32,000 bases of DNA from NCBI RefSeq assembly GCF_001945605.1, contig NZ_MPKA01000087.1, positions 30,001 through 62,000 on the forward strand. The letters are read 5' to 3'. Shown piece after piece: positions 1 to 8,488 of the stretch (position 1 is its first letter; every line of letters begins with the position of its first letter). This DNA comes from Dubosiella newyorkensis (GTDB lineage Bacteria; Bacillota_I; Bacilli_A; Erysipelotrichales; Erysipelotrichaceae). A model generated the notes under the pieces. The model worked only from the letters and a program-made list of their open reading frames with translations, searched no databases and was not told where the DNA came from. Made by a program: the position numbers and the translations under genes.

Positions 1-512
1 TCATTGAAAACGTGATTCCGCAACACTTGGAAGCGATCTTGATGAAGCTCGAAGAGATCGGGATCAATATGAAAGTCGGACCCGATTTCGTTGAGATCTT
101 TGGAAGAAACCAAGAGCTCAAACCGACCGAAATCTTGACTAAACCCTATCCTGGATTCGCAACCGATGCGCAGCAGCCATTCACAGCGCTTCTGACCCAA
201 GCTGCTGGGCAGTCGGTTGTGACCGAAACGATCTATACAGAACGCTTCAAGCATTGTTATGAATTGAATAAAATGGGCGCTGATATTGATGTTAGAACGC
301 CTAGCGGCTTCGTGAATGGAAAGACCAAGCTTTCTGGAACGAGCGTTGTGGCGACCGATCTAAGGTGTGGCGCTGCGCTGGTCGTAGCTGGATTGATGGC
401 TGAGGGGATCACCGAGATCCACGATGTCTATCATATCGATCGCGGGTATGACAATTTAGACAATAAATTACGCTCTCTTGGAGCCGTGTTCTGGCGTGAG
501 AAAGTAGAATAA
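1..512 (+). CDS. murA: UDP-N-acetylglucosamine 1-carboxyvinyltransferase, C-terminal part (5' end lies outside the window)
   Basis: The ORF is open to the window edge (codon frame from nt 3). The translation KPYPGFATDAQQPFTALLTQA...LRCGAALVVAGLMAEG...HIDRGYDNLDNKLRSLGA matches the conserved C-terminal half of MurA. TAA at 510-512. Confidence 0.9.
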   Translation, partial: IENVIPQHLEAILMKLEEIGINMKVGPDFVEIFGRNQELKPTEILTKPYPGFATDAQQPFTALLTQAAGQSVVTETIYTERFKHCYELNKMGADIDVRTPSGFVNGKTKLSGTSVVATDLRCGAALVVAGLMAEGITEIHDVYHIDRGYDNLDNKLRSLGAVFWREKVE

Positions 513-517
513 AGAAA

Positions 518-545
518 CTGCGGATTTTGTTCTGCAGTTTTTTTT
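518..545 (+). terminator. Intrinsic terminator after murA
   Basis: Stem ctgcgga (518-524) pairs with tctgcag (531-537, one G-U pair) and is followed by a T8 run (538-545), directly after the murA stop. Confidence 0.7.
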
Positions 546-567
546 GTGAATGCGTTTTCATTCTTCA

Positions 568-595
568 TTGCATGTTTTTTTTCAAGCCGTATAAT
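568..595 (+). promoter_or_regulatory. Sigma-A type promoter for the LytTR gene
   Basis: TTGCAT (568-573), 16-nt spacer, TATAAT (590-595). It lies inside the 5' part of track ORF 546..1319, which argues for the ATG at 633 as the real start. Confidence 0.55.
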
Positions 596-632
596 AATAA
601 GTGGAAAGAAGTATAAAATTGGAATCAGAATT

Positions 633-1319
633 ATGATACGAATCGCTGTTTTGGAATACGAAAAAGAAACAAAAGACATCATTTTTCAAATCGGAAAGCT
701 CTTTTCGAACATCGATTGGACATTTCGCCATTTTTGGAAGGCGAGCGATCTAGCGAAAGCGATGAAGGAAGAAGATTTTCAAATCTTTATCTTTGATGAG
801 ATGTTCAAGACTCCGCGATTGGAAAGCGTCTTTGTTCACGATAATCCCAACGCCTTGTTCGTCTATATTTGCGAAGATTCGCGGATCACAAAAGGAGACG
901 ATCAGCGGGAACGGATGTTTTATATCGATAAAAACAACTTATCCAAAGAATTGGAGATCTTAGCGCCGATCCTTTTGAAACAAAGCTCGCAAGGGGATGT
1001 ATACGCTCTTTCTTACAATGGAGTGCATGTCAATTTGCCATTCGAAAGCATCTACTATTTAGAAAAGATCGAAAAAATGGTCCACTTCCATACCAAAAAA
1101 GGAGAATTTCAAAAGCGGATCAACATGTCCGATCTCGAAAAAGAATTCGCTCCTTATGGCTTTTTGCGCGTTCACGTCTCCTATCTTGTCAATGCCAAAC
1201 ATATTACCGCTTGGTACAAAGACGAGGTCGAGCTGATGAACAAAGAGAGGATCCCACTTTCACGCCAACAAAAACGAAAGATTATGACTATTAAAAAAGA
1301 ACGAAAAGCTCGGATCTGA
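633..1319 (+). CDS. LytTR-family DNA-binding regulator with an atypical receiver-like N-terminus (orphan, no adjacent kinase)
   Basis: The C-terminal part YYLEKIEKMVHFHTKKGEFQKRINMSDLEKEF..GFLRVHVSYLVNAKHI is a LytTR-type domain. The N-terminus IRIAVLEYEKE...FQIFIFDEMF resembles a CheY-like receiver but lacks the usual DD acidic pair. The start is moved to ATG 633, downstream of the predicted promoter. Confidence 0.75.
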   Translation: MIRIAVLEYEKETKDIIFQIGKLFSNIDWTFRHFWKASDLAKAMKEEDFQIFIFDEMFKTPRLESVFVHDNPNALFVYICEDSRITKGDDQRERMFYIDKNNLSKELEILAPILLKQSSQGDVYALSYNGVHVNLPFESIYYLEKIEKMVHFHTKKGEFQKRINMSDLEKEFAPYGFLRVHVSYLVNAKHITAWYKDEVELMNKERIPLSRQQKRKIMTIKKERKARI

Positions 1320-1331
1320 GCTTTTCGTTCT
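1298..1331. terminator. Bidirectional terminator between the convergent LytTR gene and dapH
   Basis: A perfect 14-bp stem, agaacgaaaagctc (1298-1311) pairing with gagcttttcgttct (1318-1331), has a 6-nt loop. It is flanked by an A-run upstream and a T-rich run downstream, and it overlaps the LytTR stop (1317-1319). Confidence 0.75.
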
Positions 1332-1337
1332 TTCTTT

Positions 1338-2024
1338 TTATTCAATGCTTCTGAGCGCGTCCACGAGAGCCGTTTTGCTTGTCGCTTTTTCATCTTTTTC
1401 TTTGATGATCTTAGCCGGACAGCCAGCGACTACGCAGTTCGCCGGAACATCCTCGATCACGACCGCGCCAGCTGCTACAACTGCGTTTTCGCCAACCCGA
1501 ACACCTTCGATCACGACCGCGTTGGCGCCGATCATCACATTGTCTTCGATGCAGACAGGAGTCGCGCTGGCGGGTTCGACCACGCCAGCTAGAACGGCTC
1601 CAGCCCCAATATGGCAATGGTTGCCGACAATCGCTCGTCCGCCTAAGATCGCGCCCATATCGATCATCGTTCCTTCGCCGATCACAGCGCCAATATTGAT
1701 GATGGCTCCCATCATAATGATCGCCTGGTCTCCAATCTCGACATCATCCCGGATGATCGCTCCTGGTTCAATGCGCGCATGCAGGTTTTTGATATCTAAA
1801 AGCGGGATCGCTGAATGACGCGCACTCGTTTCAATATAGTAGTCTTCCACACTGAGCAAATGGGAACGAAGCACAGGCTCGATGTCTTCCCAATCGCCGA
1901 TCACGACGTTTCCAAAGACTTTCGCGTTCGGAAAGTGAATGTTTTCTCCTCCTTTGATATAGACTTTGACCGGGGTCTTCTTTTTTGATGTTTGAATTCG
2001 TTGTATGATTTCAGCTGCGTCCAT
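1338..2024 (-). CDS. dapH: 2,3,4,5-tetrahydropyridine-2,6-dicarboxylate N-acetyltransferase (acetylase branch of DAP/lysine synthesis)
   Basis: 228 aa. The hexapeptide-repeat core [59 protein letters not shown] and the N-terminus TPVKVYIKG closely resemble B. subtilis DapH (YkuQ). The gene is last in the dap operon. Confidence 0.9.
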   Translation of the reverse strand: MDAAEIIQRIQTSKKKTPVKVYIKGGENIHFPNAKVFGNVVIGDWEDIEPVLRSHLLSVEDYYIETSARHSAIPLLDIKNLHARIEPGAIIRDDVEIGDQAIIMMGAIINIGAVIGEGTMIDMGAILGGRAIVGNHCHIGAGAVLAGVVEPASATPVCIEDNVMIGANAVVIEGVRVGENAVVAAGAVVIEDVPANCVVAGCPAKIIKEKDEKATSKTALVDALRSIE

Positions 2025-2742
2025 GCAGTTCTCCTTTCAATAAATCGTCCATAGAATATAAGCCATTCGGCTTGTTCGCGATGAATAAAGCTGCTTTGAT
2101 CGCTCCATTCACAAAGATTTGACGGGAAGTGGCGGTATGCTTGATTTCTAGCACCTCGTCTTCTCCAAAAAAATCTACTTCATGGATCCCGGCGATCGTG
2201 CCTCCTCGCAAAGCGTGGATCCCGATTTCTTTTTTCCGCGCCCCTACATTTCCTTGCCGACCAAAGATATGTTCAAATTCATGATCAGGATCGATACTTT
2301 CCAAGAGAGAAAGCGCCGTGCCACTTGGCGCGTCTACTTTTTGATTGTGATGGGTTTCCACGATCTCGATATCAAAGCTATCCTTTAAAAGCGGCACGAC
2401 TTCTTTGAGCAGCTTATGAAAGAGAGCGATCCCATACGAGTAGTTGGTTGCGTAGAAGATCGGATTGTTCTTCGAAGCGGCTTTGAGCGCTTCTAGCTGT
2501 TCTTCTTGTAGTCCGGTCGTTCCCTCCACCAAAGCGATCGAAGTCCCTTCAATCTCCTTCAAGATCCACATCAAATTGTCAGGATGCGAAAAATCCAAGA
2601 TCACATCGATGTCTTCTTTTTTTTGTTGAAGCAAGGAAGGATCAAGCACGTCGCAACAGCCAAAAGAAGTCAAGCCTAGCGCTTTGGCTTTGGCGTCGAT
2701 CAGCTGCCCCATTTTTCCTTTGCCTACGATCAAGATGTTCAT
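2011..2742 (-). CDS. dapB: 4-hydroxy-tetrahydrodipicolinate reductase
   Basis: 243 aa. N-terminal Rossmann motif [12 protein letters not shown], plus [18 protein letters not shown] and the C-terminal [14 protein letters not shown], which are characteristic of DapB. It overlaps dapH by 14 nt. Confidence 0.9.
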   Translation of the reverse strand: MNILIVGKGKMGQLIDAKAKALGLTSFGCCDVLDPSLLQQKKEDIDVILDFSHPDNLMWILKEIEGTSIALVEGTTGLQEEQLEALKAASKNNPIFYATNYSYGIALFHKLLKEVVPLLKDSFDIEIVETHHNQKVDAPSGTALSLLESIDPDHEFEHIFGRQGNVGARKKEIGIHALRGGTIAGIHEVDFFGEDEVLEIKHTATSRQIFVNGAIKAALFIANKPNGLYSMDDLLKGELHGRS

Positions 2743-3626
2743 AAAACACCTGCCTCTTTCAATGCCTGAGAGAGCTTTTCGCGATTTGATTCGCTCATTT
2801 TCGTCAAAGGAAGTCGATAGCCGCCTACGTTTTTACCCATTAAGTTCAAGGCTTCTTTGACCGGGATCGGATTGACTTCCATGAAAAGGGCATGGATCAC
2901 ATCGAGATATTTTTGCTGGAGGGCTAAGGAGCGAGCCGGATCACCCTCTAGATACGCTTGAACAAGATCGTGGGTTTCTTGCGGCAAGATATTAGAAAGG
3001 ACGCTGATCACGCCGCTAGCGCCGATCGAAAGCATCGGCGTGATGATATCGTCATTTCCAGAATACATGACGAAATCATCATTTAAATACCGAGAAATAT
3101 TCATCGCGTACGATAAGTTGCCGCTCGCTTCTTTGATCCCTTTGATATTTGGATGTTGGGATAAGACTTTGATGGCGGATTCCGAGATCGAGCATCCCGT
3201 TCTTCCTGGAATGTTGTAGAGGATGATCGGAATATTGACGGCATCCGCGACCGTCTTGAAATGCTCGATCATTCCTTGCTCATTCGTCTTGTTGTAGTAA
3301 GGAGAGATCAAGAGAAGCTGATCCGCGCCCATCTTTTCATAATCGAGCGATTTTTTCTTCATCACTGCCGTGTTGTTGCTTCCTGCTCCTACGATCACAG
3401 GCACGCGATGGTCGACTTGCTTGATCACAAATTCAACGACCGAATCATCTTCTTCATGAGACATCGTCGAGCTTTCACCCGTCGTTCCTAGCACGAGGAT
3501 CCCGTCGGTATGGTTAGCGATCTGAAACTCCACAAGTTCTTTTAGTTTTTCAAAATTCACACTGCCATCCTCATGGAATGGAGTGATCAAGGCTACGATC
3601 GATCCTTTGATCATTTTATGATTCAT
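2739..3626 (-). CDS. dapA: 4-hydroxy-tetrahydrodipicolinate synthase
   Basis: 295 aa. GSIVALITPF, GILVLGTTGES, LLISPYYNK, ILYNIPGRTG and IKGIKEASG (Schiff-base Lys context) are DapA hallmarks. There is an ATGA overlap with dapB. Confidence 0.93.
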   Translation of the reverse strand: MNHKMIKGSIVALITPFHEDGSVNFEKLKELVEFQIANHTDGILVLGTTGESSTMSHEEDDSVVEFVIKQVDHRVPVIVGAGSNNTAVMKKKSLDYEKMGADQLLLISPYYNKTNEQGMIEHFKTVADAVNIPIILYNIPGRTGCSISESAIKVLSQHPNIKGIKEASGNLSYAMNISRYLNDDFVMYSGNDDIITPMLSIGASGVISVLSNILPQETHDLVQAYLEGDPARSLALQQKYLDVIHALFMEVNPIPVKEALNLMGKNVGGYRLPLTKMSESNREKLSQALKEAGVL

Positions 3627-4416
3627 AATACTCTCCTTTAGCGATTTTCACAGCTGGACCTCGCATCCATACACGTCCGTTTTCATCGATCTCGATGTCC
3701 AGACTTCCTTTTTTCATCGTCACGTTCAATTTGTTCTGGCATCCTTTTTCTTGATAAGCGACATAGGCGCTTGCGCATACGCCTGTACCGCAAGCAAGCG
3801 TCACACCGCATCCTCGCTCATAGGTCTGTACCCGTAAATGGCGATCGTCTACGATCTGTACGAAGTTGACATTCGTTTGTTCCGGAAAAAGCGAAGATTC
3901 GCAGATTTCTTGGCCGATCTTTTCAATGTCCATAAACGCGTCATCTACGAAAACGACTGTATGGATCGTCGACATGAACAAAGTGTACAATCGAAGCCCT
4001 TTATAGTCGTAGTTCCAGATCGGTGCTTTGAGCGCGCATTTTGCTGGCTCTAGATCGGGCAGACCAAGATCGACTTGAAAGCGTCCGTCGTCTTGAACAT
4101 AAACGACCTTTTCACCCGCAAGGGTTTGGACGGAAAAAGAAGGGGTGTCTATAATATGCTCGTCTAGACAAAATTGAGAAAAGCATCGGATCCCATTGCC
4201 GCACATGGGCGCACGAGAACCGTCCTGGTTGTAGTAGATCATTTCTAGGGGATGCTCTTTGACGATAATGAACCCATCAGCGCCGATCCCTGTATGGCGA
4301 TCGCAGATCGCTTCGATCCATGAGGCGTCGATTTTGTTTTGATCGATCCAGCTTTCGTGAACGATCACGAAATCGTTGCCGCAACCGTGATATTTTGTGT
4401 AGGGAAGCACGTTCAT
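3616..4416 (-). CDS. dapF: Diaminopimelate epimerase
   Basis: The real start is MNVLPYTKYHGCGNDFVIV (ATG 4416-4414). The two catalytic Cys contexts, PMCGNGIRC and ACGTGVCA, are present. The 81-codon upstream extension in the ORF track lies inside lysA. ATGA overlap with the lysA stop. Confidence 0.9.
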   Translation of the reverse strand: MNVLPYTKYHGCGNDFVIVHESWIDQNKIDASWIEAICDRHTGIGADGFIIVKEHPLEMIYYNQDGSRAPMCGNGIRCFSQFCLDEHIIDTPSFSVQTLAGEKVVYVQDDGRFQVDLGLPDLEPAKCALKAPIWNYDYKGLRLYTLFMSTIHTVVFVDDAFMDIEKIGQEICESSLFPEQTNVNFVQIVDDRHLRVQTYERGCGVTLACGTGVCASAYVAYQEKGCQNKLNVTMKKGSLDIEIDENGRVWMRGPAVKIAKGEYYES

Positions 4417-5702
4417 ACTGGATCCTCCATGTCTTTTTCGATCAAATCCTCGAAACATTGTCGTCTTACAACAAGCTTTGATTGGCCATCTTTCACAAAA
4501 ACGATGGCGGGTATACATAAAGCGTTGTAGTTGGAAGCCATAGAATATCCATACGCTCCTGTCGTATAAACGACAAGCAGATCGTTTTCTTCCGCTAGGG
4601 GAAGAGAAGCGCGTTCGATCAAGATATCGCCTGATTCGCAACATTTTCCTGCGATACAATACGTTTCTTTTTTTTCTTGGTCCATTTTTTCAACGAGATC
4701 GCTTCGATAGGCGGCTTGGTAGAGGGCTGGGCGGATGTTGTCGCTCATTCCGCCATCCACAAAGGCGTACTGTTTATGGGGCGTTTTTTTTATGCTTCCG
4801 ATCGTGTAGAGCGAATAGCCCGCTTCTGCCACGATGCTTCGCCCTGGTTCGATCAAGATTTCCTTAAGCGATAGACTATATTTTTCTTGCATCGCTTCAC
4901 ATGTATTCACGATCAAAGGGCAGATCGTCTCGATCGGGATCGGCGCGTCTTCTTGGGTATAATAGGCGGCAAATCCGCCACCAAGATCAAGAACAGAAAA
5001 CGTGCGTTCCATTTTCTTCTGCAATGTGGCGATGAACTCAGCCATCGTTTCGATTTCCGCGATAAACGCTTTGGGATCGAAGATCTGTGAACCGATATGG
5101 GCATGGAAGCCATCAAAGATCACATTGTCCGCTTCATCGCACGTTTGAATGATCGTCTCGATCGTATCGATTTCGCTTTTGAGGATACCGAATTTGGAAT
5201 CGATATGAGCCGTCACGATATAGGCGTGGGTGTGTGCTTCGATACCTGGGTTGATCCGAAGCAAGGCGTGGATCGGTTTTGTTGAATTTTGCGACAATCG
5301 GACAAGGCGTTTTGCTTCATCGAGATTGTCGAGAACGATCGTATGGACTCCATAGTCGATGGCTTGTCTTAGTTCCGCCTCGGTTTTGTTGTTACCATGA
5401 AAATACACACGATCCATATTGAATCCGGCTTGTTTTGCGATATAAAGCTCCCCGCCTGAGACGACATCCAGGCATAAAGAATGTTTTTGGGCGAGTTTAA
5501 CCATCGCTTTGCATAAAAAAGCTTTAGACGCGTATAAGACCTTTGTTTCAAAAAGTGGAGAAGTAAATGTGTTGTAGTATGTTTCCATCCGTTTCTCGAG
5601 AGCGGCTTGATCATAAATGTAGAGTGGGGTTCCGTATTGGTCTGCTAGATCTTTAAACGAGAGCCCCTCGATATAAAGCTGGTTGTTTTTGGTTTGTATC
5701 AT
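4413..5702 (-). CDS. lysA: Diaminopimelate decarboxylase
   Basis: 429 aa starting at MIQTKNNQLYIEGLSFKDLADQYGTPLYIYD (ATG 5702-5700). The PLP Lys context YASKAF, HIGSQI, LDLGGGF and CESGD motifs fit the Orn/DAP/Arg decarboxylase family 2. The longer track ORF runs into the riboswitch terminator. Confidence 0.92.
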   Translation of the reverse strand: MIQTKNNQLYIEGLSFKDLADQYGTPLYIYDQAALEKRMETYYNTFTSPLFETKVLYASKAFLCKAMVKLAQKHSLCLDVVSGGELYIAKQAGFNMDRVYFHGNNKTEAELRQAIDYGVHTIVLDNLDEAKRLVRLSQNSTKPIHALLRINPGIEAHTHAYIVTAHIDSKFGILKSEIDTIETIIQTCDEADNVIFDGFHAHIGSQIFDPKAFIAEIETMAEFIATLQKKMERTFSVLDLGGGFAAYYTQEDAPIPIETICPLIVNTCEAMQEKYSLSLKEILIEPGRSIVAEAGYSLYTIGSIKKTPHKQYAFVDGGMSDNIRPALYQAAYRSDLVEKMDQEKKETYCIAGKCCESGDILIERASLPLAEENDLLVVYTTGAYGYSMASNYNALCIPAIVFVKDGQSKLVVRRQCFEDLIEKDMEDPV

Positions 5703-5721
5703 ACTTTTGTTCAGCTCCTTG

Positions 5722-5932
5722 TTAAAAAGCCAGCAGGAATGATCCCTGCTGGCCTGAATAAATCGACAAGACAATGAGATAGCACTCCTACCAAGGTAGA
5801 CAGTCCAGAAGATGTTCTCCGCTGGCCCACCGTTTTTTTATGCCTAAAAAAACAGTTCGGCAAAATCGCTCGATCAAACTCTCCAATGCATGCCTGCTCG
5901 AATTATCACGGTCTTTTCTGCGCCTCTATCAT
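5722..5932 (-). promoter_or_regulatory. Lysine riboswitch (L-box) with terminator expression platform
   Basis: The minus strand reads GATAGAGGCGCAGAAAAGACCGTGATAATTCGAGCAGGCATGCATTGGAGAG...TTTTGCCGAACTG...GGTGGGCCAGCGGAG...GGAGTGCTA. That gives the AGAGGCGC start, the GCCGAA element and the GGAGxGCTA-type 3' element, consistent with my recollection of the B. subtilis lysC L-box. It ends in the hairpin GCCAGCAGG-GATCATT-CCTGCTGGC plus a T5 run (5724-5753), just upstream of the lysA SD. Confidence 0.85.
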
Positions 5933-5940
5933 TGTTCTTA

Positions 5941-5969
5941 ATTCTAGCATCCACTTTTTGAAAATACAA
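5941..5969 (-). promoter_or_regulatory. Promoter of the L-box/lysA operon
   Basis: The minus strand has TTGTAT (5969-5964), a 17-nt spacer, and a TGc-extended TAGAAT (5946-5941). This places the transcription start a few nt before the riboswitch GATAGAGGCG. Confidence 0.6.
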
Positions 5970-6061
5970 GTCACGGATTGAAAAAAATGAAAACGATCTG
6001 AAATTGCTGTAAAATGGAAAATACTTTGATAGAATCGAAGAAGAAAAAAAGGATGAATAGT

Positions 6062-7165
6062 ATGTACGAGAGAATCACTAAATATCGTCGGGATCTTCAT
6101 AAGATCCCAGAATTAGAATTGGAACTGCCATTGACGTATCAGTATCTTTTAAAACAGCTTAAACCGTTGTCTTGCTCGATTTCTTCACCGATCCCTTACA
6201 GTGTGGCTGCCTATTTTGACGCAGGCAAAGAAAAGACGATCGCCTTTCGGAGCGATATGGATGGTTTACCTGTAAAGGAAGCGACGGATCACGACTTCAA
6301 AAGCCGTAGGGAAGGCTGTATGCATGCGTGTGGTCATGATGGACATATGTCGATCTTGCTTGAATTCGCGCAACAGCTCAACGAGATCTATACTTCGCTT
6401 CCTTATAATGTGCTGTTGATTTTCCAGCCTGGAGAAGAATCGCCAGGAGGAGCACGCTTGATTTGCGAGACAAAGATCTTGGAGGAAAAAAAAGTGGCGG
6501 CGATCTTTGGGACGCATTTATGGCCTATGCTGCCAAAAGGAGAAGTGGCGACTCGAAAAAACGAGATGATGGCCCGCTCTTCCGAAGTCAATGTCGATAT
6601 TGAAGGAAAGTCCTCGCATATCGCGAAATATAAAGAAGGGATCGACGCGATGGAGATCAGCGCTCGTTATTTGCTGAAGTGTTACGAGATGGAAAAAAGC
6701 TACCATCCGGATATTTATAGGCTGCTCCGGTTTGGAAAACTAGAATCAGGCACAGTCCGCAATGTTGTCGCCAGCAAAGCCCGCATGGAGGGAACGCTTC
6801 GCGCTTTTCAAGATGAGATCTATTGGGAGTTAAGAAAAAATATGCATCGGATCGCCGAATATCTTGAACGAAAGTACCAAGCGAAGATCGATCTTGAGTT
6901 TTCTTTAGGCTATCCTGCGGTGATCAATGATGGAACGCTTGTCGAAAAGGTTTGCGCGATCGATCCTCAAATCAAGCTTTTGAAAGAACCGGAAATGATC
7001 AGCGAAGATTTCGCGTATTATCAGCAAGAAGTGCCAGGGGTCTTCTTCTTTCTGGGGACTGGAACCGGGATCCCGCTCCACAATGCCCATTTCGATTTTG
7101 AAGAGTCGATCTTAGAAGAAGGTGTAAAGTTGTATTTAAAGATCCTTAAGAGCATCAAATTGTAA
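6062..7165 (+). CDS. dapL: M20D-family amidohydrolase, probable N-acetyldiaminopimelate deacetylase
   Basis: RRDLHKIPELE, MHACGHDGH and FQPGEESPGGA are M20D (YkuR/HipO-like) motifs. The gene is divergent from the acetylase-branch dap operon. I prefer ATG 6062 (AAGGA 8 nt upstream) over 6053. ATG 6014 from the track lies upstream of a predicted extended -10 (TGaTAGAAT, 6027-6035). Confidence 0.7.
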   Translation: MYERITKYRRDLHKIPELELELPLTYQYLLKQLKPLSCSISSPIPYSVAAYFDAGKEKTIAFRSDMDGLPVKEATDHDFKSRREGCMHACGHDGHMSILLEFAQQLNEIYTSLPYNVLLIFQPGEESPGGARLICETKILEEKKVAAIFGTHLWPMLPKGEVATRKNEMMARSSEVNVDIEGKSSHIAKYKEGIDAMEISARYLLKCYEMEKSYHPDIYRLLRFGKLESGTVRNVVASKARMEGTLRAFQDEIYWELRKNMHRIAEYLERKYQAKIDLEFSLGYPAVINDGTLVEKVCAIDPQIKLLKEPEMISEDFAYYQQEVPGVFFFLGTGTGIPLHNAHFDFEESILEEGVKLYLKILKSIKL

Positions 7166-7244
7166 ACTGTAAAAAAAATGTGACATACTAGGACTGATCA
7201 AAGAAAGCGCCTTTAAGACGCATCTAGAAAAGGAGATATTACGT

Positions 7245-7409
7245 ATGGCAAAATATGTATGCGATGTTTGTGGATGGATCTATGACGAAGCAGCAGGATA
7301 TCCTGAAGGGGGTATTGAAGCTGGAACAGTATGGGCGGATGTACCAGCTGATTTCGTTTGCCCAATTTGTGGCGTAGACAAATCCCAATTCTCTTTATTG
7401 GAAGACTAA
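7245..7409 (+). CDS. Rubredoxin (54 aa, absent from the ORF track because it is under 60 aa)
   Basis: Translation: [54 protein letters not shown]. It has the two CxxCG knuckles (CDVCG, CPICG) and the conserved WxDxPxDxxCPxCG context. SD AAAAGGAG lies 8 nt upstream. Confidence 0.93.
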   Translation: MAKYVCDVCGWIYDEAAGYPEGGIEAGTVWADVPADFVCPICGVDKSQFSLLED

Positions 7410-7421
7410 TTCATAAAGCAC

Positions 7422-7460
7422 AAAAAAAGATACAGGCGTTTAGTTCTGTATCTTTTTTTT
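7422..7460. terminator. Bidirectional terminator between rubredoxin and the convergent Crp/Fnr gene
   Basis: Stem agatacag (7428-7435) pairs with ctgtatct (7446-7453). An A7 run lies upstream and a T8 run downstream, so the hairpin can work on both strands. It overlaps the last codons of the Crp/Fnr gene. Confidence 0.75.
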
Positions 7461-8075
7461 GAGGAGGCAAAATCGATTGCGATGAAAATTGATCAAGCCT
7501 TCTTTTTTCATTTTTCCAAGTTCTTTAGAAAGAGCGCTCCGTTCAACATTGAGATAACTAGCCATCTGTTCTCGATTGAAAGGAATCGTGAACCAACCTT
7601 CTTTTTTTTGGGCGGATAAATATGAGAGGACTTTTTTTCGGATCGTTTTTTTAGATGCGTGTTCGATTCGTTCGGAAAGGATTTCGTTTTTAAGCAAAGC
7701 GATGCGCAACAAATTTTCTAGAATACAAGGCGGCAGGTTTTTTATGCTAAACAAAAAAATAAAACAATCTGTGTTGGCGATAGCACTAACTTTTAGTTTT
7801 TTTCCTAAAAAAGCATACGTCTCCCCAAAACAAAAGGAAGGTTCAACAACAGTATATAAATGGACAGCGCCTTCATAATCGACGGATTCGATTCGTACCG
7901 TTCCTTTCAGAACGAGGCCAATTTGTTCGATCTTCGCTCCTTCCATAAAGATCGTCTCGTTTTTCTTATAGGACTTGATCGAGTGATCCAACGCCTTTAA
8001 ACACGATTCGATTTGTAAATCATCGCAAGAAGCAAATAATGGCGATTGTCGGAAAATGGGTAGCCAATAGTTCAA
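7440..8075 (-). CDS. Crp/Fnr-family transcriptional regulator
   Basis: A cNMP-binding-like beta-roll (IFMEGAKIEQIGLVLKGTVRIES...FGE) and a C-terminal HTH (REQMASYLNVERSALSKELGKMKKEGLI). I place the start at TTG 8075, which has AAAGGAGGA 5-6 nt upstream. The track ATG at 8138 has no SD. There is no FNR-type N-terminal Cys cluster. Confidence 0.8.
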   Translation of the reverse strand: MNYWLPIFRQSPLFASCDDLQIESCLKALDHSIKSYKKNETIFMEGAKIEQIGLVLKGTVRIESVDYEGAVHLYTVVEPSFCFGETYAFLGKKLKVSAIANTDCFIFLFSIKNLPPCILENLLRIALLKNEILSERIEHASKKTIRKKVLSYLSAQKKEGWFTIPFNREQMASYLNVERSALSKELGKMKKEGLINFHRNRFCLLKKKIQN

Positions 8076-8090
8076 GAATTTCCTCCTTTT

Positions 8091-8104
8091 GTGGTAAATA
8101 CCAC
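8091..8104. promoter_or_regulatory. Candidate Crp/Fnr-type operator in the divergent crp/cupin intergenic region
   Basis: Palindrome GTGGTA-AA-TACCAC, i.e. GTGG-N6-CCAC. This is the same half-site architecture as the CRP-type core GTGA-N6-TCAC. It sits directly upstream of the regulator's SD and about 60 nt upstream of the cupin ATG. Confidence 0.3.
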
Positions 8105-8161
8105 CGAAATTACGCTTACAATGTACTAGATTATACATGTCTAATCAAGGAGGAAACAAAT

Positions 8162-8488
8162 ATGAAAACGTATAAAACTGGCGAGGTTTTTTCTCTTGCC
8201 AAACAAATTCAGCTTGAAGAAGGGAAAGCTGTTAAAAAACTCGTGATCGATGGAGAAGCGATGAAATTGCTTCTTGTTGGAATCGACCATGGAGAGCTTC
8301 CGGCCCATACAGCGCCTATGAATGGATTGATCAGCGTGTTAGAAGGAGAAGGGACGTTTTTTTATTTAGGAAAATCTTTCGCGATCCATCAAGGAGACAA
8401 CTTCGCTTTCCAAAAGGATCAACTGCATGCGATCAAAACGGATTCAAAGATCAAATTCAGCGTGCTGCTGTGGAAAGAAGGAGAATAA
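8162..8488 (+). CDS. Cupin-domain protein (108 aa)
   Basis: Start ATG 8162 has AAGGAGGA 7 nt upstream. The cupin_2-like beta-barrel region is GELPAHTAPMNGLISVLEGEGTFFYLGKSFAIHQGDNFAFQKDQLHAIK. The upstream part of the track ORF has no support. Confidence 0.75.
   Translation: MKTYKTGEVFSLAKQIQLEEGKAVKKLVIDGEAMKLLLVGIDHGELPAHTAPMNGLISVLEGEGTFFYLGKSFAIHQGDNFAFQKDQLHAIKTDSKIKFSVLLWKEGE

Noticed and set aside
4417-4659. N-terminal extensions of track ORFs: dapF to 4659, lysA to 5774, metH to 23079, yitJ-like to 20732, LytTR from 546, cupin from 8039, Crp to 8138, and the small membrane protein from 18636.
   Set aside because: The extensions overlap upstream genes, riboswitch or terminator sequence, or predicted promoters. 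They lack an SD and add non-homologous sequence rich in basic and Cys residues. Internal starts with strong SDs reproduce the canonical N-termini.
7166-7244. A Crp/Fnr-type site upstream of rubredoxin (TGTGACATACTAGGAC and TTAAGACGCATCTAGAA).
   Set aside because: Only one half-site resembles TGTGA. The partner half does not match TCACA or ATCAA, and neither sequence matches the GTGG-N6-CCAC palindrome found next to the regulator gene.
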